Of a stretch of 64,000 nucleotides of DNA, positions 49,119 through 59,026 are shown piece by piece. This DNA comes from Epithemia pelagica (taxonomy: Eukaryota; Protista; Bacillariophyta): the NCBI GenBank assembly GCA_946965045.2, contig OX337228.1, positions 5,022,001 through 5,086,000 of the forward strand, given 5' to 3'. Numbering within the stretch: the stretch's first letter is position 1; the number at the start of each line of letters is the position of its first letter. A program made the position numbers and the translations under genes. The notes below the pieces were generated by a model. It saw nothing but the letters and a program-made list of their open reading frames with translations. It ran no database searches and was not told the origin of the DNA.

Positions 49119-50660
49119 TCAGGAACTTGCCGAAGAATTTGACCGGAGTGACCGCCGTTGCTGACGAGATACTCGCGGAGAGCGCCGGAGCTGTCGTGGG
49201 GATGCGGAAGAAGTCTTCTTTCCCTGTTGGCTGAAATTCAAAGCGGTAGCATGATATTTGACGTGAGCTTGTGATGCTCGCATCAACTGCCATCGATGAG
49301 CCCTAGGTTTTTTTGTTGGGCGGACTTTGGTAAGTGTTAACTTGGGGTGAATTCGTTGTTCTTCTGGTGTCACGGTTTCGGTTTCAAAAGAAGATTCCGT
49401 TGTCGATCGACAACGGGGGCGACGGGATTTCGCATTTGTCGTCGAATTACTACATTCACCCGACTCTCGGATGTCTTCCTTGACAGATCTTTGGTCAGAT
49501 TCAGTGACTGCAATGTTAGCTGGTCTATCCTGATGTGGTTCAGTTTTCTGAGCAGCTTTGGATCTTCCGCTTGATGGCATTGTGTGGCTGTTACCACGTT
49601 GGCTATTCGAAAGCGGCTTTCCGTGCTTCATCTCCAGTCTTTCCAAGAGAACACCAAACCCAGTGAAACTCTTGCACGGACTGGGACCGTTTGGTGTATG
49701 TTCCTCTTGCTTCAACACGGGCATTGGCGCTGTTCCCATGTCGACAGAAGTAGTACCTGCAGGTAAATCGCTTGATACAAATTTCGTTGTTTGGGTTGCC
49801 GCATTTTGCTTTGGTCGACGAATAAGCAATTGATTCTCCGCCATTTGATCCTGCAAGTCCACTTTGGTTTGATGCAACGATTCCTCCAGGTCTCGAATTC
49901 GTGTCGTCTGAGCTCTCATTGCCTCTTCTGTTTGAGAGACAACAGAATCCAAGGATTCCGTCACCCTCTCGGATTGTTCAGGTGATTTCGATTGTTTTGA
50001 GTCATGTTGTGTTAGAAGCCTGGACAGACGAGTGCGAATTTGCTGGTGTGTGTTTTTGAGTTCAAGAATCTCTTGTTGTAGCACATTCTCCCTTTTCTCA
50101 AACTCCTCCTCTTTAGACTCCAATTGCTTTTGATACTTAGACTTCAACTCTTCCATTTGTTTGAAATGATCATTAAATAAAAGGCAAGGCTGGACTTCGC
50201 GCCCAATTCCCTCCGTATCAACCGAGCAAGGATTGGCCTGGCCGCCCACTTTCAAATCAAGGCGATGATGAAAATTTTCTTCAACTTCATCAGACATCGC
50301 ATCGCGTGACCCTTGCATTACTGTGTGAGCTGCGCCTGATTCTTCCATGCGTACTGTATCCGGTTCATCTCGAAGAAAAAATACAGGGTCCGCCGCAAAA
50401 AAGAATGATGGCGATTTTTTCTTAACAGACGACAGGCTGTGGGTTATCTTCCCTTCCGGTGGTATTTTGTTTGGCGGCGTCTTCAGTGGATCTTCAGTGC
50501 AACCAGTCTCGCTTCTATCATCAAAGAGCGAAATGTCCTTTCCAAACGGAATGAACGGAGCGGCGGCTCGTTGTTCGACCGCCCTTATTTCTTTCTCTGA
50601 TAGCCACTTTTTTCCGGCGATACCTCTCCGTTTCTTGGAAGATGGTATGATACGAGGCAT
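49119..50660 (-). CDS. Uncharacterised coiled-coil protein, basic termini (513 aa)
   Basis: Uninterrupted ORF from an ATG; central heptad-rich region (MEELKSKYQKQLESKEEEFEKRENVLQQEILELK); NLS-like KKRR. Confidence 0.75.
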   Translation of the reverse strand: MPRIIPSSKKRRGIAGKKWLSEKEIRAVEQRAAAPFIPFGKDISLFDDRSETGCTEDPLKTPPNKIPPEGKITHSLSSVKKKSPSFFFAADPVFFLRDEPDTVRMEESGAAHTVMQGSRDAMSDEVEENFHHRLDLKVGGQANPCSVDTEGIGREVQPCLLFNDHFKQMEELKSKYQKQLESKEEEFEKRENVLQQEILELKNTHQQIRTRLSRLLTQHDSKQSKSPEQSERVTESLDSVVSQTEEAMRAQTTRIRDLEESLHQTKVDLQDQMAENQLLIRRPKQNAATQTTKFVSSDLPAGTTSVDMGTAPMPVLKQEEHTPNGPSPCKSFTGFGVLLERLEMKHGKPLSNSQRGNSHTMPSSGRSKAAQKTEPHQDRPANIAVTESDQRSVKEDIRESGECSNSTTNAKSRRPRCRSTTESSFETETVTPEEQRIHPKLTLTKVRPTKKPRAHRWQLMRASQAHVKYHATALNFSQQGKKTSSASPRQLRRSPRVSRQQRRSLRSNSSASS

Positions 50661-51125
50661 GTTGGTTAATTTGAATTGTGTATTTGAGAAGGATCAGATG
50701 GCAAGCTGAAGAATGAGACTGTCGACTGTCGAGATCTGTTCAATTCGATTGTAGCGAAAGTCCCTTGGATGCATTTCTTCGACCAGCGATACGCCATTTT
50801 CAGGGTGGTAGGCGCAGGGGCAATAGTAAAATGGGGAGGGACATCCTACAAGACTGTGATTGGCTCACAGTCACGAATCGGCCTCGCTGAGAGTGAGGAG
50901 TAGGCAAGCTAGAGATCCAACAGATGCAAGTCTAGAGGTTGACTAGTGCCAGGGAAAGGAGAGCGAGACAAATACTCCTACCTTTTATATTGACAACGCC
51001 AGGGACTCTGGAAAATGTAGTTACCGAGGTGGAATGTTCTTTAACAGCGTTAATTGGGACTGCATAAATTTCATATTTGTCGAAAATGCAGATGACAACG
51101 AGGCGACTTTTGTTGATGAATCTTC

Positions 51126-51890
51126 TTACAGATTCCACTCCATCTGATACTCTTTACCCCACTCAACTACAGCCCAAACTCGTTCATAGAAAAACATGAG
51201 AGCAGTCTTAAAGACAGCATCAGTCGAGGCGATCTTTGATGCGACAGACAGATCCTTGGAAACAAACACGGCCATTGTCAATGTGTTGGCAATCGCAAAA
51301 AGACGCCAAATAAGAGCCTTCGCAAGAGATCTACCAGCATCGTCTGCTCCAGCTTTTCGTCCAGCTTGAGATCTGTTCATGAGACGTTCCCCAATGAACA
51401 TGGTCAACGCCTTGCTGAAGAAATCGGCTCCAACAACTTTCAAGGCCGTCGACAAGGAACCCGAAAAGCGAAGAGTTGTGGCAAAAGTTACAGATCCAGC
51501 AATAATCCTCCAGCAAAAGGCTTTCACCGCGCTTCGAACAGCCGTCTCTGTGAATGACGTTGGTACATCGGTGTGAACCAAATATTGAGCCTTTTGCGAC
51601 TTAAGGTCGTCCAAAGACTGCTCATACCTTTGAAGACGCTCTTTCGCCTTTTCACGTTCGCGCATCAAACTAGCTTCCTTTCTCTCCACTTGCTTCAACA
51701 GTTTTTCCTGGGGAGTTGCCCCATTATCACCATTGAGAAATGATCGAAAGGAAGTTGACGCGAACACTGGCCGAGGTTGTGACGGACGGAGAATCTTTGT
51801 CGGAATCAGGAACGGCGATGACGACGGCGCAAACGCCTGAACCACTACCGCCAACTGAAGAAGTGCCAAGGCTTTTGAAAAGGTGATCAT
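51126..51890 (-). CDS. Plastid-targeted membrane protein with two DUF2061-like repeats (~254 aa)
   Basis: Leader MITFSKALALLQLAVVVQA-FAP; repeats RSAVKAFCWRIIA...ERL and RSLAKALIWRLFA...YERVWAVVEWG. Confidence 0.8.
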   Translation of the reverse strand: MITFSKALALLQLAVVVQAFAPSSSPFLIPTKILRPSQPRPVFASTSFRSFLNGDNGATPQEKLLKQVERKEASLMREREKAKERLQRYEQSLDDLKSQKAQYLVHTDVPTSFTETAVRSAVKAFCWRIIAGSVTFATTLRFSGSLSTALKVVGADFFSKALTMFIGERLMNRSQAGRKAGADDAGRSLAKALIWRLFAIANTLTMAVFVSKDLSVASKIASTDAVFKTALMFFYERVWAVVEWGKEYQMEWNL

Positions 51891-52333
51891 GGCATTAAGT
51901 TTGCTTGACGAGAGACAGGGCTCTTTGGTTTCTCGGCAGATACGATAAGGTACCAATAGATGAACGGTTGTGAAAAGCAGGGACAGGGGGAAGTCCCAAG
52001 TATCAAATTCTGTGGTGGGAGATTTTTGGTTGGCCAGCGATTGTCCATTGTATGGCATACTTATACTAAAAGCTCCACAGTAAACATACTCACTTTTACT
52101 TTTGTCCCATCCGCACCACGCACCACCGATGAGCTCTACCGTACCTACCTAGGTAGGTAGATGGCTTCGATATTGGGAGTAGGAGCACTCCAGGTTACTC
52201 CTAGGAGTAGATGAGAAGATCTCTCATGAATCCAACTCCAACACAAAGAAAATAAAGAAGAGCAAGGCACCGCTGAGTCAAGATCTCTAGAGAGTGAGAG
52301 GTACTCTTGACTAGTGCAAAGTCATAGTCCAAT

Positions 52334-52807
52334 CTATGTAACCACGTCTGTATAGCTTGCCCATGCTTTGTGAGATTCCCACAATTTGACGCAGAGAGAT
52401 CCGCAGAAGTTACAATCTGCTTGTTTCAGTCTTTCGCATAAGTCTCTGTGGATCTGCCGACAAAGAAATTCGGTCGTCGTCATCTCTCCGTTGGCAAAAA
52501 CCTCGTCAAGGTTCTTAAAATTATATTTTGCCAAAACTTCTGCCAACATTGAACCCGCTTTCCCAATATCAATCACCCAATTAGTCTTTTCTACAAGGTC
52601 TTCTGAACAAAATTCGACGTCACAGGTATAAGTTGCACCATGCATCCCTCCCGCAGGTCCAAACGCAGGATTGCCATGAAAACTGTGAGCCACCATGAAT
52701 GAATCTCTTATTCCAAGGGAAAACCCTTTACCAACTGCCGTGCATGGCAATAACAAATAAGCAACCATTGCCATGAATTTTGGAGAAAGGAAACATTTTG
52801 CTGGCAT
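52334..52807 (-). CDS. 6-pyruvoyl-tetrahydropterin synthase / QueD-fold protein, bacterial-like
   Basis: FSLGIRDSFMVAHSF...FGPA..MHGATY...VIDIG...NFKNLDE...TTEFL...LWESH.AWASY. The exact N-terminus is uncertain. Confidence 0.85.
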   Translation of the reverse strand: MPAKCFLSPKFMAMVAYLLLPCTAVGKGFSLGIRDSFMVAHSFHGNPAFGPAGGMHGATYTCDVEFCSEDLVEKTNWVIDIGKAGSMLAEVLAKYNFKNLDEVFANGEMTTTEFLCRQIHRDLCERLKQADCNFCGSLCVKLWESHKAWASYTDVVT

Positions 52808-53734
52808 CGTGAATCTTGACCTCTACATTCCAAGACGGATTATGCACCTTCACTCTTGACTCATTCCATGTCTAAAAAATGAATCAAAAGCGGTCGAACA
52901 AAAGATACAGGAGTAAGAAATCAACTCTAGGTACTACCTCTAGAGGAGTACGAGGTAAGGACTACCAATGCTTCGGAATTCGGAATAGACGGCCGTGGTA
53001 GCTACTCAAGTAGAGTTAGGCTGGTTGTGGACGTGGGACTGGGAGGTGAGTCACCATCCATCAATACAACTACCTCTAACCTTCGAGCTCGTAAAAGCAA
53101 TTCCCATGGGAATTCGTATTGTGGATTGTGGCAAAACGGTCACTGTCGAAGCAATGCTGATCAATTGCCCCTTGACGTGCCCGTATCTTCAATGGGAAGT
53201 TGAAATTAAAGTCACCGGTTATATCACCGTTATAAGTTTGTGAAAGTTCCCCCAACCCGAGACAGATCGTCCCCCATTCTTAAATCGCCGAAGGATTCGA
53301 GAGTTCGTACTCGTACAAGTACGAGTATGAGTATCCCGTATCCCCGGACACTGGACACTTTATACTGTACTCCACTTATCGGAGAGAGTGAATGGCGTTG
53401 TACGACGGTTAAGATTTAGCGCATTTCCTAGCATCTTCTTCCTTACTATAAGGTACTATGTATCTGGTAGCTTGTCTTGACCTCTACTAGTCGTTTGAGT
53501 ATTAGCTACTCCTACTACAACGGAGTAACCGCTAAGAAAAAGATGAGAATGAGACGCTGATAAGACCTTCCATTTTTAGTCTTGTATCCCCATATACTCG
53601 GAATAATATAGCTTTATTATTTGGTGTATCTGGAAACTCCATAATACTCGTATTATACCCCGTACGAGTATGGCGTACGAGTATGGCGCGTATCAGTTCT
53701 CCGCATGACTCTCTAACTAGGAGTAGAGTGTAGA

Positions 53735-53776
53735 GAGTACGAGTACGAGTACGAGCACGAGTACGAGTACGAGTGC
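53735..53776. repeat. (GAGTAC)n hexamer microsatellite, 7 units with two variants
   Basis: gagtac gagtac gagtac gagcac gagtac gagtac gagtgc, read directly. Confidence 0.95.
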
Positions 53777-54080
53777 TCGTATTGTAGTCGTACGGACTAC
53801 GTATTTACGTATTGTGTATTGTGAGAATCAGTGAGGACAAGACAATAGTAGGAAAGTAGGTAGTGTATTGGGTAAACGACACCGGCTATGGGCATAAATC
53901 GGAGCATTGTTACAGCATGTCTTGTGGCAAGCGGTGTTTAGGGCCTCAAGTTTTTTGTCCCTTTTGGTTTTCTTACTGCAACAGACCCACGTTATCACTA
54001 TCGATGTTCATCAAAGAGCTCCAAAACTCATCAAGAAGAGGTCCGTCTTACTAATAATCAAGAAGAAGTTATCCAGAACA

Positions 54081-55009
54081 ATGCAAGACAGCAAGAACAA
54101 CAACAGAAGAAATGGCGGGGAGAATGAAGAAGAAGAGGACTCGAAGATTTTCCCGCAGAAGCTGATGGACATTCTCTCAGACGACAGCAATGCGGAAGCA
54201 ATCTGCTGGCTGCCTCATGGAAAAGCGTTCACTATCCGTAATCGAAGCCTTTTTGCAGAGAAAATAATGCCCAAGTTCTTTCCACGCAAAGCCAAGTACA
54301 GCAGCTTTACAAGGAAGCTGAACAGGTGGTAAGCATGGATGTTGTAGGTGAACAACTTCTGGTCGTGGTTTCACTCAGATGCTCACGTGTGCATGTCTCT
54401 CTCTGTAGGAACTTTGTTCGAGTGGCTAGCGGTCCTGAACTGGGAGCTTATTACCATGAGTTTTTTCTTCGTGACAAACCACAGCTTGCTGCCCAAATGT
54501 TCTGTAAAAATGCGCGAAGTAAACTGGCCATGGCCAACGAGTCAACAACACCTCAAGTTTCTCCGGAACAAACTTCTAGCTCCGTTCCTCCAACGACGAC
54601 GACTGCTGAGAAAGGCTCGGCAAATGAACCCCGAGTTCCAATGTTACCGAGCACTAGCTTCCCTCCTGCTGTATTGGCGGCGCTTCAAAAGGATGGTGAA
54701 GAAGAGGGAACAACAGGTTACAAGGCAACTTCAGCTCCTATCCTTGGACTATCAGGATTGGAACTCCTAGAACGTCAGTTCAGATTTCTGCAGCAGGAAC
54801 AGGCCCATGCTCAACGACTCTACCTTCAACAGCTGGCAGCAAAGCAACAGATGGTTGCCTGTCAACTCCAGAAACAGCAGCAGCTACAACAGCAACAACA
54901 TGTGCTGCCAGATCAACAATCTATCCTTCGCATGCGACAACTCATGGAACTTCGGGCACGCGAGCGAAAAGGGCAAGTTCCCAATAACGGGCGTGCGTCG
55001 GCGGCGTAG
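54081..55009 (+). CDS. HSF: Heat shock transcription factor family protein (~282 aa)
   Basis: Exons 54081-54328 and 54409-55009. HSF DNA-binding domain FPQKLM...ICWLPHGKAF...KYSSFTRKLNRWNF...YYHEFFLRDKP, followed by a Gln-rich tail. Confidence 0.93.
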
Positions 55010-55182
55010 TATGCATTCCATTATGCTGGGATATGTCTTGCGAAAACTTGTTAATGAATGTTTCATATTTATATATCCAATCTATGGGCCGCGGGAAAAC
55101 GCTGCCCTTTGCATGATTGCATGCATAGTCATAGGACTTTCTAGAGATTAAATTTGAGGGCTGCTAGTACTTCTTTCAATAA

Positions 55183-56796
55183 CTACTTATCGTGGCGAAC
55201 GTCCAGATCCTCCAATCTGACACTTGACACAAGTGGTTCATCTCCGTGCAACCCTTGTTGTAGATCCCACCGTAAGGGCACTCGGTCGCCCATGAGAGAA
55301 AGGAGGAAGCGAACACAGCGGTTGCGGATGGCTTCTTGGTTTTGAAATTGCTCCCAATGGACTCCACCACAAAGTAACTGTAGAATGTCAGGTTTGGCCA
55401 GAACCGTAAGCCTGCGGTCTGAGAGGCCTTTGTCCCTTAAACCCAAAAGTATTCTTGCTGCAGGAAAACACTTGCGAGAGTCCACACAAAGAGTCCTGCT
55501 AAGTTCCTGCGGATCTCCCGATCCGTCGACAATCGTTCCATTGACAGAAAGGTCAATGATCCAAGCAAGAATTGAGCTTTCTGCATCATGTCGGCTCGTC
55601 TCATAATCCAGCTTCTCCATACTCGTAGAAGGCTGAGACTGGTGCTGTGTTTTAAATTGGCCTGAATTTAGTTGCTCTCTGGACCCTATGAATGATACTT
55701 TGGTGTGAACGTTGCAAACCAGAAACATTTCTTCTGGGCCACATCCACAAGTGAATTCAGTGGACTCAAAGCATTGAATCTCGGCCGCTCTGCAGGTCTG
55801 TATTGGACCAACATGAACGGATCTTTTCAATCGCACTGCTTCTTGCAATTCCGGACCAATTCTACTGGTTGGATCGAGCAATGACATGTGATGGACTCCA
55901 TCTGATAATATTGCAAAAGTCCACGGCGTGTTTGGTCTCCTTCTTTTCCTCCACTTCTTGGAGCTACTAGTGGTTGTGGTCGTCTGTACACGGGCAACAT
56001 GGACAGCAGGAGTGTAGGCATATATGCCAGCACAAGATTGAAGCTCTTCGAGGGACCAGTGTTTACGTGGAAAGGGTGCGAGAGTATCTTGTCTGCGCAG
56101 ATTTAGAAAGTGCCTCGATTTTGTACGATTCCAAACCATCAAATGTTCAAGGAACTTTCCATCAGTCTCATGCGTACATGGTATGCAGTCAGGATCCGTT
56201 CGCACCATCTTTCCACTCGCTGGATCGAAACGACAAAGGCGAAAGAAATGTTGACCATTCTCTAGGTCCTCCCATGAATGCCCAAACCGAATCACTAATA
56301 ATGAGGAGGAAGCCTCTGTTGTTTGCTCCGTCAACGTCCTTTTGGTATGTCGGTGTCCTTCTCGAAGTGAAATCCGATTGAACCGGACAATGTCACCAAC
56401 TGAGCAAATACAATCGACGCCGACACGAGTGTGCAGAATTAAAGAAGAGCCCACTACGGCGTATTGCTTGCCCAGAAGAAAACTGTAGAATGCCATTGGT
56501 GGGCCCCCTGTGTTCTTACAAGCGAGGGATTCATCCGAAAGTTGGAGGTGAGCAACTTTATCATCGGAGAAACCTTTGCTTTCGCAAGCAATGGAAGCTA
56601 CAACCGCAACCAAGTCAATGGGGGCCGTCGAATGATTGCAACTTGCCGCGTTATCAACAACGACGTTTGATAATGCGTCGGGGTCGGGGCGAATCCGACG
56701 GTCTAACAATGCCTCGTATGCCTCAACAATGCGATACGGTATGGTACCACGAGTTCTTGCATTTCGATTGCTTCTGGATTCGTGGCTTTCCGCCAT
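55183..56796 (-). CDS. Uncharacterised protein, possibly tandem OB folds (537 aa)
   Basis: Uninterrupted ORF. IDLVAVVASI...HLQLSDES...VGDIVRFNRISL is an OB-fold-like pattern, and further beta-rich blocks follow. Confidence 0.7.
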   Translation of the reverse strand: MAESHESRSNRNARTRGTIPYRIVEAYEALLDRRIRPDPDALSNVVVDNAASCNHSTAPIDLVAVVASIACESKGFSDDKVAHLQLSDESLACKNTGGPPMAFYSFLLGKQYAVVGSSLILHTRVGVDCICSVGDIVRFNRISLREGHRHTKRTLTEQTTEASSSLLVIRFGHSWEDLENGQHFFRLCRFDPASGKMVRTDPDCIPCTHETDGKFLEHLMVWNRTKSRHFLNLRRQDTLAPFPRKHWSLEELQSCAGIYAYTPAVHVARVQTTTTTSSSKKWRKRRRPNTPWTFAILSDGVHHMSLLDPTSRIGPELQEAVRLKRSVHVGPIQTCRAAEIQCFESTEFTCGCGPEEMFLVCNVHTKVSFIGSREQLNSGQFKTQHQSQPSTSMEKLDYETSRHDAESSILAWIIDLSVNGTIVDGSGDPQELSRTLCVDSRKCFPAARILLGLRDKGLSDRRLTVLAKPDILQLLCGGVHWEQFQNQEAIRNRCVRFLLSLMGDRVPLRWDLQQGLHGDEPLVSSVRLEDLDVRHDK

Positions 56797-57010
56797 GGTT
56801 CGTCAACCGGAAATCTCGCCAAGAATGTTCGTGCCGACAGAAGTGATGCCGACGCAGGATGACGGCAAGACGTTTATCGCGACCGACCAACCGCGATGGA
56901 CAATATCAGTCGCTGATCCACCCCCTCAACAAAATCGCCAGAAGACCTTTCAATGTCGGTCGCCTCATTGTTTCTCGTTCGGTGAGTTCTAAAAGGAAAG
57001 TCCAGGATCC

Positions 57011-58864
57011 ATGGATGAGGCAAAGAAAGACCAGGCTCTGCATCAGCGTGCATCTGATTCCTTCTTGAAACGCCTTGGTTTGGCGACTGGTGGCGAGATC
57101 ACCACCTCGCAGATCCTGGACCAACTTTTAACGTCATCAAAGATATCGGAGGACGATGTAAGGCAAGCCTACAACGAAATCAAAGCTACCGACTCTTCAA
57201 CTCGCTCTTCGCTTGCTGATTTGAGAAACCCTGTGAAAGATGAACGATTTGTCAACAAAGATTCTGTATCAAAAGACGTGCCAAGTACCCAATCTGTCAA
57301 TTTGCAAAGTGACGATGAAGTCCGACGGCGACATGTGGCCCTGCATCTCTATTATGATGGCGAGAAGTACTCTGGTTTGGCCGAAAATGTTGGACGTACC
57401 GATGATCACAGCATTGAGCGGGCCCTCTTTGCTGCCTTGCGCAAAACTCATTTGATCAATTATATGGATCAAAGTGAACGAATTCGACAGTTGGTCCAAT
57501 ACTCGCGCTGTGGCCGGACTGACCGAGGAGTCAGTGCTGCAGGGCAAGTACTTGCCCTGAAACTCAAGTCTGCAGTATCGCCAAGTGCTTCTTGGGATAT
57601 GGAAGGCAATGATTTGGTCGGTGATGAACAACTTCCAAAGAATTCTGTGAATACCATTCGTGTATTCTGTCCACAACGAAAGAAACGAAACAAAAACAAT
57701 AAAAAGATGAAAGCTAAAACAGCCTCACGAAACAACATGGATGGACAAAATGAAATGAACGTCGGTGTCACCCGCTCTGAGCGCGTCCTCAGTGAGTTGG
57801 CATATGACAAGATACTCAACAACGTCTTGCCTCCAGAAATTCGTATACTGGGTTGGACGCCTGTATCCAGTGATTTCTCTGCGCGCTTTTCAGCTACTAC
57901 CCGCACGTATCGATACTTTTTTCAAAGGCATAGTACACTAGACTTGTCACGGATACAATCTGCCTTGTCCCTTTTGGAAGGTGAACATGACTTCCGAAAC
58001 TTTTGCAAAATGGATGTGGAGCACGTGTACAACTTTGTGAGGAAAATTCACTACGCACAAATTTACGTCATGCAAAACAATCGGGAAGTTCTGGTCACCG
58101 AAGGCATACTAAAGGAGGGTGGAAATGAGACATGTTTCTTTGAAATCCATGGCCAAGCATTCCTATGGCATCAAATCCGGTGCATTGTCAGCATATTGTT
58201 TCTGGTTGGACAAGGTCTGGAGGAACCATCCATTGTCTCAGACTTGCTTGATATTGAAAAATACCCAGGGAAGCCATCCTACAACTTGGCCGATGAGAGA
58301 CATTTGGTCTTGCACCATTGCGGTTTTCCCAATCTTCAGATGGGTTATTCTGTTGCAAACTTGTGGAGTCTTACCTGTCACTTTGAACAACAATGCGATC
58401 AACTGCTGTTAGCCGCTTCTCGAATCCGAAATTGCATCAATTTATTGCAAGAATCCAATGTGTTTGTCCAGGACGTGCGGAACTTTTGTCATTCACGACT
58501 CACCGATCGCCGGAAAAAATGTGCCAAGGGGGGGACGCGAAATGCTGATGCAATTGTTAACGCAGAGATGGCGTTCCAATTACCCTTGAAGAGTGAGGCA
58601 GTTTCAGTGAAATGGAAAGAAGCAATTGAATGGATGAAAACCTTTAATTTGATTCCTGGCAGCAACAGTGTCCGAGATTTTGTTCACATACCGCTACGTA
58701 AACGAGCAATGGGAACAACCTACGAAGAAAAGATTGCGTCCACCCAGCAATCATCGAAACGAAAAAGCAAGTACGAGGAAAACGTAGTGAAGAAGCGCAA
58801 GTCAAAGGAAGATGACCAAGCCTTCTACGATCATATGACCAGCCAAGGAGGATCCGCATTTTGA
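57011..58864 (+). CDS. PUS3: tRNA pseudouridine(38/39) synthase, TruA family (617 aa)
   Basis: Motifs YSRCGRTDRGVSAAGQV (catalytic Asp), FSARFS...RTYRYFF, GEHDFRNFCK, AFLWHQIRC. Confidence 0.94.
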   Translation: MDEAKKDQALHQRASDSFLKRLGLATGGEITTSQILDQLLTSSKISEDDVRQAYNEIKATDSSTRSSLADLRNPVKDERFVNKDSVSKDVPSTQSVNLQSDDEVRRRHVALHLYYDGEKYSGLAENVGRTDDHSIERALFAALRKTHLINYMDQSERIRQLVQYSRCGRTDRGVSAAGQVLALKLKSAVSPSASWDMEGNDLVGDEQLPKNSVNTIRVFCPQRKKRNKNNKKMKAKTASRNNMDGQNEMNVGVTRSERVLSELAYDKILNNVLPPEIRILGWTPVSSDFSARFSATTRTYRYFFQRHSTLDLSRIQSALSLLEGEHDFRNFCKMDVEHVYNFVRKIHYAQIYVMQNNREVLVTEGILKEGGNETCFFEIHGQAFLWHQIRCIVSILFLVGQGLEEPSIVSDLLDIEKYPGKPSYNLADERHLVLHHCGFPNLQMGYSVANLWSLTCHFEQQCDQLLLAASRIRNCINLLQESNVFVQDVRNFCHSRLTDRRKKCAKGGTRNADAIVNAEMAFQLPLKSEAVSVKWKEAIEWMKTFNLIPGSNSVRDFVHIPLRKRAMGTTYEEKIASTQQSSKRKSKYEENVVKKRKSKEDDQAFYDHMTSQGGSAF

Positions 58865-59026
58865 GGAGAAGGAACGAAGCCTGGACAGACTTTTTTGGCC
58901 ATGCATACGTTTGGCTGTACCAGGTGTTGGCGAAAACTCATTGGACGTTAAGTTGGCTTGACCTAGTAAGGACAACAGGGAAAATAAAATCAGCTATTGT
59001 GTAAAAGCGAAAACGAGCGTCAACTA

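Noticed and set aside
50750-50850. GAAAGTCCC resembling conserved region I of RNase MRP/P RNA
   Set aside because: I could not find a matching CR-V/P4 partner at a suitable distance; an Infernal search would be needed to revisit it.
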